Shown here in pieces: positions 19,251 to 29,305 of a DNA stretch of 32,000 nucleotides (positions within the stretch are counted from its first letter, which is position 1; each line of letters opens with the position of its first letter). The translations under genes and the position numbers were made by a program. The notes under the pieces are model-generated. The model saw only the letters and a list, made by a program, of their open reading frames with translations. It was not told where the DNA came from and did no database searches. Source of the DNA: Isorropodon fossajaponicum endosymbiont JTNG4 (GTDB lineage: Bacteria > Pseudomonadota > Gammaproteobacteria > PS1 > Pseudothioglobaceae); the NCBI RefSeq assembly GCF_016592615.1, contig NZ_AP013043.1:360001-392000 (forward strand). Direction: 5' to 3'.

Positions 19251-21251
19251 TTACAAAAGAGGAATAATCATAATCGCAACAATGTTAATAATTTTAATCA
19301 GTGGATTAATAGCAGGTCCTGCTGTGTCTTTGTATGGGTCGCCCACTGTGTCACCGGTGACAGCAGCTTTGTGAGCGTCTGAGCCTTTACCGCCAAAGTG
19401 ACCGTCTTCGATATATTTTTTAGCGTTGTCCCATGCACCACCACCCGTGGTCATTGAAATTGCAACAAAGATACCCGTTGCAATAGAGCCGATTAATAAT
19501 CCCCCTAGCGCCTCAGCGCCTAATAATAAGCCAACGATAACTGGAAATGCAATTGGCAGAATAGAAGGTAATATCATTTCTTTAATGGCAGATTTGGTTA
19601 GCATATCAACTGCTTTAGAATAATCAGGCTTTTGCGTGTAATCCATAATGCCTGGCATTTCTCTAAATTGGCGACGAACTTCATTGACAATACCACTTGC
19701 AGCACGACCAACAGCTTCCATTGCCATTGCACCAAACAAATAAGGCACTAAACCGCCTAAGAATAAACCAATGATTACTTTATGGTTAGATAAGTCAAAT
19801 GCAATGTCTTTGAATTGTTCAATAGTACGTAGTTCATTAGTAAAGTCAGCAAACAATACCAATGCTGCTAAACCAGCAGAACCAATTGCATAGCCTTTGG
19901 TTACCGCTTTGGTGGTATTACCAACAGCGTCTAGAGGGTCGGTAATGTTGCGAATTTTTTCTGGAAGGTTAGCCATTTCTGCGATGCCACCTGCATTGTC
20001 CGTAATTGGACCATAGGCATCAAGTGCGACAATAACACCTGTCATTGATAGCATAGCCGTTGCTGCAATTGCAATGGCGTATAGGCCACCCAGTTCATGC
20101 GCACCCCAAATACTCGCGCATACTGCAAATACAGGAAGGGCAGTAGATTTCATACTCAAGCCAATACCAGCAATAACGTTAGTACCATCACCTGTGAGTG
20201 ATGCTTCGGCAATATGTTGCACAGGGCTATATTCAGTTGACGTGTAGTACTCTGTTACCACAACCATAACAGCTGTTAGTGCTAAACCAATAAGTGATGC
20301 GTAGAATAAATTCATGCCCATATTCATATCATTGGTGATAAAGTAAAAAGCAATTGCAGCCAGTCCTGCTGAAACGATTAAGCCTTTATATAGAGCACCC
20401 ATGATAGAGCCATCATCGGAGACTTTAACAAAAAAAGTACCTACAATAGAGGCAATAATTGAAGCTGCACCTAAAGCCAAGGGGTACAAAACGGCACTAT
20501 CGCCCAAGCCTAGAACACCTGCAAGCATCATAGTTGCAATAATAGTAACTGCATAAGTTTCAAATAAGTCAGCAGCCATACCTGCACAATCACCAACGTT
20601 GTCACCAACATTGTCAGCGATTACTGCAGGATTGCGTGGATCGTCTTCTGGAATACCAGCTTCAACTTTACCAACAATGTCAGCACCAACATCAGCACCT
20701 TTAGTAAAGATGCCACCACCTAAACGCGCGAAAATTGAAATGAGTGAGCCACCAAATGCAAGACCAATAAGCGCATGCAATGCGTCTTTTTGTGCAACGC
20801 CATATTCAATCATGCCAGCATAATAACCAGAAACACCTAATAGTGCCAAACCAACAACCAACATACCTGTAACAGTACCACCTTTAAAAGCAACTTGAAA
20901 AGCGGCATTCATGCCGTTATTGGCTGCTTGCGCTGTGCGAGAATTAGATTTAACTGACACGTTCATACCAATGTAGCCTGTTGCACCTGACAATACTGCG
21001 CCCACTAAAAAGCCAAGACCAACGGTAACACCTAAAAAGTAAGTAATGATAATAAGCAGCACAATACCTACCATAGCAATGGTTGAATATTGACGATCTA
21101 GGTAAGCATTTGCACCTTGTGCAATTGCGTCTGAAATTTCCTTCATTTTGTCATTACCTGCAGGTTGTTTGTTAATCCAGGTAATTGTAAACAGGCCGTA
21201 TAAAACAGCGATAATTGATGCCGAAATGGCAAGGATAAGAATTGTATCCAT
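19251..21251 (-). CDS. hppA: membrane-bound H+-translocating pyrophosphatase
   Basis: 666 aa and polytopic, with [19 protein letters not shown] and [14 protein letters not shown] motifs. The GNTTKA variant (Lys, not Ala) is associated with K+-independent enzymes. Confidence 0.95.
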   Translation of the reverse strand: MDTILILAISASIIAVLYGLFTITWINKQPAGNDKMKEISDAIAQGANAYLDRQYSTIAMVGIVLLIIITYFLGVTVGLGFLVGAVLSGATGYIGMNVSVKSNSRTAQAANNGMNAAFQVAFKGGTVTGMLVVGLALLGVSGYYAGMIEYGVAQKDALHALIGLAFGGSLISIFARLGGGIFTKGADVGADIVGKVEAGIPEDDPRNPAVIADNVGDNVGDCAGMAADLFETYAVTIIATMMLAGVLGLGDSAVLYPLALGAASIIASIVGTFFVKVSDDGSIMGALYKGLIVSAGLAAIAFYFITNDMNMGMNLFYASLIGLALTAVMVVVTEYYTSTEYSPVQHIAEASLTGDGTNVIAGIGLSMKSTALPVFAVCASIWGAHELGGLYAIAIAATAMLSMTGVIVALDAYGPITDNAGGIAEMANLPEKIRNITDPLDAVGNTTKAVTKGYAIGSAGLAALVLFADFTNELRTIEQFKDIAFDLSNHKVIIGLFLGGLVPYLFGAMAMEAVGRAASGIVNEVRRQFREMPGIMDYTQKPDYSKAVDMLTKSAIKEMILPSILPIAFPVIVGLLLGAEALGGLLIGSIATGIFVAISMTTGGGAWDNAKKYIEDGHFGGKGSDAHKAAVTGDTVGDPYKDTAGPAINPLIKIINIVAIMIIPLL

Positions 21252-21392
21252 TACTTTATTTTCTCCTTTTTAGTTGTGTGCAAATTTTCTTCAGGATTGA
21301 TTATAGTTAATAACTGCCTATATAGTAAGATGATAATCTAATAATTTAATAGAACTAACTTATGTTAATTATTGATAGAGTGTTATTGAGTG

Positions 21393-22557
21393 CTAGTTCT
21401 CGTTCCAATATTTGGTTTTAATACCATGACCTAAATTTGCCTCAATTAAGCGAGATCTGAGTTTAAGTAGTTTTTTAATCAGGGCAGGCTCAGCTTTCTC
21501 ATAACTTGAAGCATCTGAGGTGCGCTTAACCACCACGCCTAAAAGTTCTGTAATAGCATTGCCAATTGAATTTTGGGAAATGGTGACAATGAGTTTATTG
21601 TCACCATTGCGATAGATAAGCTGTTTGAATGCTGGTTGCCAGCGAATGGAGGATGAATATTTGGCATCATTAACGCATTTGTCACGCACTTTTTTAGCAG
21701 CAAATAAAAATGATTATTAAACAATAGAATTTTCTCAATTTCTTTTGGGAAGTAGGCATTATTTGGTACGCCAGAATTTCTACTGGATACTTGAGCAAAA
21801 AACTGCGATAGAAGTCTAAAAAGCCTTTTAAAACTTGATCGTACTCTTTCCAAAAATCAATATTTTTGAGACTCTCAATACCGCCTTGAATTTCCCAACT
21901 AGGCAATCCTTTTGGATATCTAGTTAGTTTAAGACTTGAGGCTTCACCAGTGATGGGCTTAAGTATTTTTAAGTCTAAAGCGGATAAAAATTCAGTGTAA
22001 TATCCTGCATATAGGCAGTAAATAAGGAGTGTTGACCACCATCTGTTAAGCTAGGATTGTTAGTGTCAGCCAGTTTTGCGTGTGTAAGCGCTTCTTTATC
22101 AAAGACGATAAAGTGATTATGCAGCATTCTAATACTGGGTACACCTGCATTAACCATTGGCCAAGTGGCATCCAGTGATGCTTCGCCAGCAAGAATGAGA
22201 TGCTTGTCTGGACCTGGGTAATGTTCCAACATAAAACCAATGATAATTTGGTTCATGCGATTCCATACATTTTTTGCCTTATCAGGTAATTGCGTGCGTC
22301 GCACTGGACGACCCAAAGGGTTTAGAATACTTTTGGAGGTGTTATAAATAATAGAACAATCGAATTCATTTGAATGCCCCAGAGCTTTTCGATAAAGCAG
22401 TAAATCTTCATCGTTGGTTAATAAACCGTTATTTTGGGTTAAATCTTGAAGACTTTCAGGCGAGTTAAAAAACTCGTTAGGTTTCAATCCCCTGCGGCAC
22501 ATCCAAAGGGATGGGGCGAAAGGGAATGTTAATTTCTCTTGGACCAAATTTAGTCAT
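21393..22557 (-). pseudogene. gene of unknown function split into five reading-frame segments (at least 4 frameshifts)
   Basis: ATG 22557 gives MTKFGPREINIPFRPIPLDVPQGIET*. The reading then continues in the listed ORFs 22547..21975, 21906..21694, 21853..21539 and 21689..21393. Adjacent frames overlap while open (for example frame B is open from 22050 across the 21975 stop). Two junctions sit at runs: G4 near 22490 and T5 at 21986-21990. Confidence 0.6.
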
Positions 22558-22572
22558 AAGAGATTAAATCAC

Positions 22573-23256
<684 letters not shown>

Positions 23257-23296
23257 TTAGTTAAAAATAAGGAAGCCTTGCCCCTTGTAATAAGGC

Positions 23297-24541
23297 TTAA
23301 ATCTCGAATGGGGGTAATTTTTTATCCGCCATTATTTTTTTCATCACCACATAATCAGGCAAGCCATTTTTATATGGTGGATAGTCTTCACCTTCGATAA
23401 GTGGTTGTAAATATTCACGGCAAGCGTCGGTAATGCCAAAACCATCGTCAGAAATGTAGTTCATAGGCATCATTTTTTCAATGTTAGCGACATCTTTTAA
23501 CTCACCTGAACCAATCTCCCAAGTATAAGGGTTGTTTGAGGTGCGAATAATGGCAGGCATGACTGAATTTTTGCCTTCAAGTGCCATATTAACAGCCGCT
23601 TCACCTAGTGCATAAGCTTGTTCAACATCGGATTTTGAGGCTAAGTGACGAGCAGCACGTTGCAAGTAATCTGCAACTGCCCAGTGGTATTTATAACCCA
23701 AGGCATCTTTGATTAAATTAGCAACAACAGGTGCTGCGCCACCAAGTTGTGGATGACCAAAGTCATCACGAGTACCTTGCTCTGCTAGGAAACGATCATC
23801 TGGCCATTTTGTGCCTTCGGATACAACAATTGTGCAGTAACCAAATTCTTTGACATTTTTGTCAACTTTAGCTAAGAATTTCTTTTCATCAAAATCAACT
23901 TCTGGGAATAAAATCACCACAGGAATTGAATCATCAACCAAACCACCTGCTGCTGCAATCCAACCCGCATGACGACCCATCACTTCAAGAACGAAAATTT
24001 TAGTTGAGGTTGCTGCCATTGAGGCGACGTCAAAACTAGCCTCCATAGTAGAAACAGCAATATATTTAGCAACCGAGCCAAACCCTGGGCAATTATCTGT
24101 AATTGGTAAGTCGTTATCCACTGTTTTAGGCACATGAATGACTTGAATTGGGTAGCCCATTGATTCAGATAATTGAGAAACCTTTAGGCAAGTATCTGCT
24201 GAATCGCCACCGCCATTGTAAAAGAAATAACCAATATTATGCGCTTTAAAGACTTCGATTAATCTTTCGTATTCTGCCTTGTTGGCTTCTAAAGATTTCA
24301 TCTTATAACGACAAGAGCCAAAGCCACCAGAAGGCGTATGTTTTAAGGCTTTAATATCAGCATTAGATTCTTTTGATGTGTCAATTAAATTTTCAGTTAA
24401 CGCGCCAATGATGCCGTTTTGACCTGCATATACCGTACCGATTTTATCTGGATGTTTGCGTGCTGTTTCAATCACGCCACAAGCTGATGCATTAATCACA
24501 GCAGTCACGCCACCTGATTGTGCATAAAAAGCATTTTTCAT
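23297..24541 (-). CDS. pfp: 6-phosphofructokinase, probably pyrophosphate-dependent (Pfp)
   Basis: 414 aa of the PFK family (SGGVTAVINAS, NGGGDSADT, MGRHAGW). PKTVDNDL carries Lys where ATP-PFKs have Gly (PGTIDND), a reported PPi-PFK marker. The gene lies in the same strand block as hppA. Confidence 0.8.
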   Translation of the reverse strand: MKNAFYAQSGGVTAVINASACGVIETARKHPDKIGTVYAGQNGIIGALTENLIDTSKESNADIKALKHTPSGGFGSCRYKMKSLEANKAEYERLIEVFKAHNIGYFFYNGGGDSADTCLKVSQLSESMGYPIQVIHVPKTVDNDLPITDNCPGFGSVAKYIAVSTMEASFDVASMAATSTKIFVLEVMGRHAGWIAAAGGLVDDSIPVVILFPEVDFDEKKFLAKVDKNVKEFGYCTIVVSEGTKWPDDRFLAEQGTRDDFGHPQLGGAAPVVANLIKDALGYKYHWAVADYLQRAARHLASKSDVEQAYALGEAAVNMALEGKNSVMPAIIRTSNNPYTWEIGSGELKDVANIEKMMPMNYISDDGFGITDACREYLQPLIEGEDYPPYKNGLPDYVVMKKIMADKKLPPFEI

Positions 24542-24589
24542 AATTAGTTTCCTAAAATAACAAACTAATAATTATACTTTATAAACTAA

Positions 24590-25009
24590 TTATGATTTTT
24601 CTAAAATGTGTTTAAGGTTTGTAAAGCCTTGGCTTAGTTCAAAGGAAATTTTTTTAGCCAACAACAAGTGTTCAAGTAATTAAACGGCGTCATCCATATA
24701 TTCGTGTACCAGTTTATTGCCAATAGACGCATGTCTACCCAATTGTCAGTATTATTAATAATATTAAGCCGCTCTAATCGATGTAGATTATCAATCGCCG
24801 TTTTTTGGATTTCGCCAGATTGCTTGAGGAAAAGTGGTAATAATTTATCCACAAACATGTCTTGCATGCGTGAAAATTTAGACACAAAAGATTCTAACCT
24901 GTCAATGCCCTTAGGCGTTTTCTAACCACTTAGTATTTAAATTATCTTGCAAGAATAAGCGTCCAACTACGCCTTTTACTAACAAATCTTCCTTGTCAAG
25001 AAGAATCAT
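24590..25009 (-). pseudogene. decayed HEPN-domain partner (HI0074/HepT-like) of the MNT gene
   Basis: The ATG (25009..25007) overlaps the MNT TGA as ATGA. Frame 1 stops at 24913..24911. The reading continues in a second frame (the listed 24885..24634 ORF) up to WVDMRLL. A third frame then reads NKLVHEYMDDAV-TAA(24682..24680)-LLEHLLLAKKISFELSQGFTNLKHILEKS*. NKLVHEY is the HEPN Rx4-6H region. Confidence 0.65.
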
Positions 25010-25314
25010 AATTTGGTTAATTCTATCCCTGTTTTAAGCGCTTGTTGTTGAATGGCATTTGGTATTTGATTTGGCTCTAGGGTGATAATGTCAATTTTTT
25101 GAACGCCCAATTGTTTTTGTAAAAGCGTATTAAAACGCAATACTTTACGCGTTAAATGTGTGGTTTTTTCACTAAATTCTAACAATAAATCAATATCACC
25201 ACCTTTAAGGTTGTCATCTATTCTTGAGTCAAATAATCTAACTGTTGCTTGATGATTAAAATGTTTTTTTAGTAGTTTGTTTAATGATATTTTTTTGTAA
25301 ATCAGTGAACCCAT
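25006..25314 (-). CDS. minimal nucleotidyltransferase (MNT, Pol-beta superfamily), intact
   Basis: 102 aa. RLFDSRIDDNLKGGDIDLLLE fits the G-S-x(9-10)-D-x-D NTase signature, but with D in place of the usual G. Confidence 0.7.
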   Translation of the reverse strand: MGSLIYKKISLNKLLKKHFNHQATVRLFDSRIDDNLKGGDIDLLLEFSEKTTHLTRKVLRFNTLLQKQLGVQKIDIITLEPNQIPNAIQQQALKTGIELTKL

Positions 25315-25326
25315 ATGCTAAATTTA

Positions 25327-26943
25327 TTAATTAGTTGGACATATGCTTCGATAAATACTGTTGCTATTGTCGATATCTGTTGCTTGTGAATTATAACAAG
25401 TAATGCCGCCAGATACTGATTTATTAAAAGTACCAGGGTCTGCAACAATGTTGCTATTTTCAGCAAAATAAGAACTGTAAGTGCTTACGAATAAACCACC
25501 ATCAATAACTGTATTGCTGCCTGTATACATATGAGAGCTGTTATTTAATTGAACATTCATAACAATTGTACCACCAACCTCAAAATCTAGATTAGAATTG
25601 CTCTCAACTTGGATTTGTCCAGTTTCACCTTGTGGCGGTTGAATCACGACGCTATTAACTATGCTGTTATTATCATCCCAAGTATCGACTTCAAATGACG
25701 AATTTCCATCAATATCAATCTTTTTTGAGGTGACCAAAATTGCATTAGCATCAATACCGCTTAAACTCATAGAAGAGCCTGCACAAACTTCAATTTTCAC
25801 AAACCTCTAAATTACCATTAATACGATTATTTGAACAGTCTGCACTACGTTTTATTTGCTCAAATGAAGCGTTTAGATACACGCCAAGATTACTACTTGT
25901 GTTATTTTTGCCTTGTTAAAGATACCGAAGTATTGCCAAACACAATTAAACCAGAATCACCATCATTGCTTGATGCAAAATTCAACGTGTTTGTTAAATT
26001 CTTTTTGTACCAAGCCAACTGGATTAGTTGCGTTAAAGTTGTAACTTTCACTTTGCTGCACTGCTAAATCCACTTGCATCGCCAGTAACTGTATCTACGC
26101 CATCATCAGGATTGCCTCGAATGGTGAGGCTTTTATGCAGGTAGATATCGTCGGTACAAGTGCCAGAGATTTCAATAATAACCTTGCCGTGTAAGGGCGA
26201 TCTTTTAATCGCTTGTTGTAAAGAGCCAGTACTACAGTTAACATAAATGATTGGGTTATCCGCTATAGTAAATGTTGGGCTTGAACCACCACTATTTTCT
26301 AGAGTGCTGATGCGACTGCCATAATCTATCGAGTGTACTGCCAATATTACCAAAACTTGTTGCAATGTCGTTATCACCCCCCTAAACTTTTAACACTCGC
26401 TTCTAAAGTAGTGAGACGACCATTGTTAGTGTTGATGTCGTCACTATTAGTACCGACACTGGTGTTATTGTTGCCAATGTTTGTACTGTTGGTGTTAATG
26501 TTACCAGTATTGGTAGTAATGGCTCCATCAGTAGCATCAAATACACCATCGCCATCACAGTCTCTTAGTAGTGCGCAAGAAACAGAATCTGCATTTGTAC
26601 CAGTATCAGTATCAGTATTATCGCCCACGCCGTCGTTATCAGTATCGAGTTGTTCACTACTGTCTAATGGAAATGCATCCTTATTATCTAAGGTGCCATC
26701 ACCGTCATCATCGGTATCAGCATTATTACCCACCATTATTATCAGTGTCAACTTGCTTATTTTTATCTAGTGGAAAAGCATCATTAGCATTGAGCGTACC
26801 ATCATTGTCTAAATCAGGATTAGTTTGTGCAGGGGCATCGTAACTTCTATCGTTGCTAAATTAGCTGTATTTGTGGTCGTTTCATCCTTCAGAATTTGAT
26901 TGACCTCTTTAACTGTCTTGGTAGTATTTGGAATAGACAAGGT
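25327..26943 (-). pseudogene. fragmented gene for a secreted Ca-binding (thrombospondin type-3-like repeats) beta-helix-like protein, 5'-truncated by IS3
   Basis: An open frame runs directly from the IS end (26943: TLSIPNTTKTVKEV...). At least 6 frame breaks follow (stops at 26811..26809, 26728..26726, 26376..26374, 26050..26048 and others). Dx[DN]xDG repeats are present: DLDNDGTLNANDAFPLD, DTDDDGDGTLDNKDAFPLD, DTDNDGVGDNTD, DCDGDGVFDATDG. Then come TNTGNINTNSTNIGNNNTSVGTNSDDINTNN and beta-helix-like SLQQAIKRSPLHGKVIIEISGTCTDDIYLHKSLTIRG. Confidence 0.6.
26601..26618. repeat. hexanucleotide microsatellite (CAGTAT)x3
   Basis: Read directly on the plus strand. On the minus strand it encodes DTDTDT inside the Ca-binding repeat region. 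Confidence 0.8.
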
Positions 26944-26972
26944 TGCAATGCTCTAACCTACTTGGACACATT

Positions 26973-27875
26973 TCAAGCCGCTTTTTTCAATTCAGCCATC
27001 TTTTGAGCAGGTGTTAAATACCCAATCGCTGAATGAATCCTTTTGTAATTATACAAGTAGATATAACCCTCTACATTTTGCACGACTTCACTATGATTTG
27101 CAAAACTTTGATAATTTAATCTCTCAGTCTTCAGACTTCTAAAGAAACGCTCCATGACCGCATTATCCCAACAATTACCTCGCCTGCTCATGCTTTGAGT
27201 AATGTTGTTCTTGTTGCAATAATCAATAAAAACTTTAGAAGAGTATTGAGTCCCTTGATCAGAGTGGAACATGTGTTTATTTGTATTGGGCTGGTGTCTA
27301 GACACAGCATTACTAAGCGCATCCTTTGCCAACTGAGCATTAGGCTGTTTTGACAATGCCCAACCAACAACTTGTCTTGAGCCTAAATCCAACACACTGG
27401 CTAAATAACTCCCACCTTGATAGGTTTTGATATAGGTAATATCACCAACCCAATGCGTATTAATTGATTGCTGCTCAAACACACGATTTAATAGGTTTTT
27501 TGCCTTTTTAAACATCAATCTAGTATTAGGGTAATAATGACGCTTTCTTGGGCGTATGGCAACTACATTGGCTTTTTTCATTAGCGTTGCAGTTTGGTAA
27601 ATACCAATGTTATAACCTTGGTTATTCAAAACTACTCGCATTCTGCGTTTGCCATAGGTGTATCCAACTTCAATAGCAGTTTGTTTGATTAATTTAATCA
27701 TAGCGTTGGTGTTGTTGTTTACTCGCTTATCTTTGACTTGATAGTAATAACTACTGCGAGGAAGTTTGAGTAATGCTCATAATTCTTTAGTATTGTATTG
27801 TTGGCAAGCCTTGTTTATCTTGATAATCATATCACTTGGTGATTGTCCACAGCGAACAAGGCTGTTGCCTTTTTT
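26973..27875 (-). pseudogene. IS3 transposase orfB (DDE integrase) interrupted by an in-frame TGA
   Basis: The -1 frame is continuous from the slippery site (KKGNSLVRCGQSPSDMIIKINKACQQYNTKEL) to TGA at 27779..27777, then continues ALLKLPRSSYYYQVKDK...MIKLIKQ. DDE residues are WVGDITYI, HSDQGTQYSS and NCWDNAVMERFFRSLKTE. The stop sits where relatives typically have Cys (ELCxLL). Confidence 0.8.
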
Positions 27876-28178
27876 AAGATTTCATTGTCCCTTTGTGCGC
27901 GCCAAAGTTGTTTCTCAAGCAGTTGTATTGTTTGTTGTTCAGAAGTCAGCGCTTTGCCTGACTCTGGTGTTTGTCCACCAAGCTCTGCTAGGTATTGTTT
28001 TCTCCATCTGCTAACTGCTGAGGAGCAAGCTCCTGATATTATCATGATTTTTTTTATTGGTGTAATTCTCATGCACCATGAGTTTGGCATAATCTAGTGT
28101 TCCCCCCTCAAGGGGGTATTGAACAGAATGTTCAACGGTAAAAGTCACTCGTTGTTTTCTTGATTTATATTGTGTCAT
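27827..28178 (-). pseudogene. IS3 orfA (HTH plus leucine zipper) with a frameshift in an A8 run
   Basis: AGGAGG is followed by ATG at 28178, giving MTQYKSRKQRVTFTVEHSVQYPLEGGTLDYAKLMVHENYTNKK..., which stops at 28013..28011. The listed 28090..27827 ORF carries the rest (IMIISGACSSAVSRWRKQY...EKQLWRAQRDNEILKKATALF). Removing one A from the A8 run (28048-28055) joins the two frames. Confidence 0.7.
27869..27875 (-). promoter_or_regulatory. programmed -1 ribosomal frameshift heptamer A AAA AAG
   Basis: The minus strand reads tta aaa aag gca in the orfA frame. A shift to -1 gives aaa aaa ggc and opens the orfB frame, which is the canonical IS3-family signal. Confidence 0.75.
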
Positions 28179-28252
28179 TACTGACCTCCTTATGGTTTGT
28201 ATTATAAGGCTATCTTTGTGTCCAATAAAATTAGACTATTGCAGTATGGTAT

Positions 28253-28618
28253 GTGCTATTTCAGGTTGTTGTGGGTAATTCGCTAACTTTAGAGACTCGT
28301 GAGGTGTTCTATACTCCAGCTCATTATACGGGTTTGTGGGATATGCGATTAAATCTTAGGAAATCTGAGAGTTTAATTACTAAACAACAGAAACAACAGA
28401 ACAAGCAACACTCATCGATTCGTTATATTGTTGAGCGAACCTTTGGTTTGCTCAAGCTTCATCATGGTTTAGGCAAGGTAAGATACCTTGGTTTAGAAAG
28501 AAATAAAACCAGGGCTCAGTTAATTGCCATGAGTCACAACTTGAAAGACTGGCATGAATATATTCAAACGAATGCAAAGCCTGAGGGGTTGTTGTGTTTA
28601 AAGGTTGGAATGGTGTAA
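28253..28618 (+). pseudogene. IS5-family transposase C-terminal relic
   Basis: SSIRYIVERTFGLLKLHHGLGKVRYLGLERNKTRAQLIAMSHNL matches the IS5/IS4-type C-terminal block (R..VE..FG.LK......RYRGL.KN......L.A...NL). The N-terminal two thirds of the transposase are absent, and I found no terminal repeat. Confidence 0.65.
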
Positions 28619-28746
28619 AAAATAAGAAAAATAAATGCTAAAAGCATCTATTTAAAAGGTGGTTTGTTAGATTTTTATGCAAAGATGAGAAAATCTGGTA
28701 AATTTTTTAGAAAAAATAAAAAGAATGGAATTTTGGAGAGGGAATT

Positions 28747-29233
28747 ATGAATTACGCAAAGGTCTCTCTTTATAAAACTCCTAAGTTTAATAATTTTAAT
28801 ATTATTGTTGGTTTTTCAAATAATTCGAAAGATGATATTAACAAGACGCACAAGTTACTTGTAGTCAAATATACTGATAAAAATTATGGGTTTTCACTTG
28901 GAGGTGGTAAAAGTTCAAAAAGAAATGAAAAGGGTATAACCGGCTTGGTATACAACAGAAAATAATACTACATTTAATATTTTGACCTTTGTAGATAATG
29001 AGAATTCCATCAAAACAAAATATAATGGTATTGGCTTGAATTATCAAATTGATAAAAAAGCAATATAACATTCGCCATTCAAAAAGAGTCAGGGGAAATC
29101 TCGCACAGAAAAAAGCCTGGGTTATGGTTATGATTTATTTAAAGAAGTTCGTTTTGTTGCAGAAGCAATTAAACTTGATAAAGATAACAATGAAAACGAC
29201 CGCTACGGCCTTGGTTTAACGTTTGAATTTTGA
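28747..29233 (+). pseudogene. relic of a small outer-membrane beta-barrel protein
   Basis: The listed ORF 28747..28965 shifts frame near 28940-28965 into TENNTTFNILTFVDNENSIKTKYNGIGLNYQIDKKAI. An in-frame TAA follows (29066-29068), then ...SLGYGYDLFKEVRFVAEAIKLDKDNNENDRYGLGLTFEF*. The alternating pattern and terminal Phe (TFEF) are typical OMP signatures. No signal peptide is present. Confidence 0.45.
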
Positions 29234-29305
29234 GTTAAATTCTTTTTTTTAATAAAAAAGCATCATGGTAAAAGAATGCTAGAAATAGAATAGGTGATAG
29301 AAATG

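Larger units (their letters stand above)
26944..28243 (-). mobile_element. IS3-family insertion sequence (1300 bp), inactivated copy
   Basis: The 27-nt terminal inverted repeats are TGCAATGCTCTAACCTACTTGGACACA (26944-26970) and the reverse complement of 28217-28243, TGCAATAGTCTAATTTTATTGGACACA. They match at 21 of 27 positions and have the 5'-TG...CA-3' termini typical of IS3. The interior has orfA/orfB with an A AAA AAG slippery site and a DDE transposase. No target-site duplication is visible (flanks ggt and gta). Confidence 0.85.

Noticed and set aside
21975-22547. The idea that the fragmented gene is a HIT/GalT-type APS:phosphate adenylyltransferase, because of MLHNHFIVF and its position near sulfur and nucleotide genes.
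   Set aside because: H-N-H-F-I fits neither the HxHxH nor the HxHxQ signature, and I could align no other family motifs. It remains an untested guess.
23273-23298. Hairpin AAGCCTT/AAGGCTT overlapping the pfp stop, considered as a terminator between pfp and adk.
   Set aside because: It has a 7-bp stem, a 12-nt loop and no clean T-run, so it does not justify a terminator call.
26333-26843. Plus-strand ORFs of 145 and 90 aa rich in Ser/Leu/Pro/Val or His/Tyr/Arg.
   Set aside because: They are low-complexity mirror images of the minus-strand Asp/Asn/Thr-rich Ca-binding repeats. The minus-strand reading gives recognisable repeat motifs, whereas these do not.
27777-27779. The in-frame TGA in IS3 orfB, considered as recoding (Sec or Trp) rather than a stop.
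   Set aside because: TGA is used as an ordinary stop here, for example at the end of argS (6761-6763) and of the MNT gene. No SECIS-like context is evident, and orfA is independently frameshifted.
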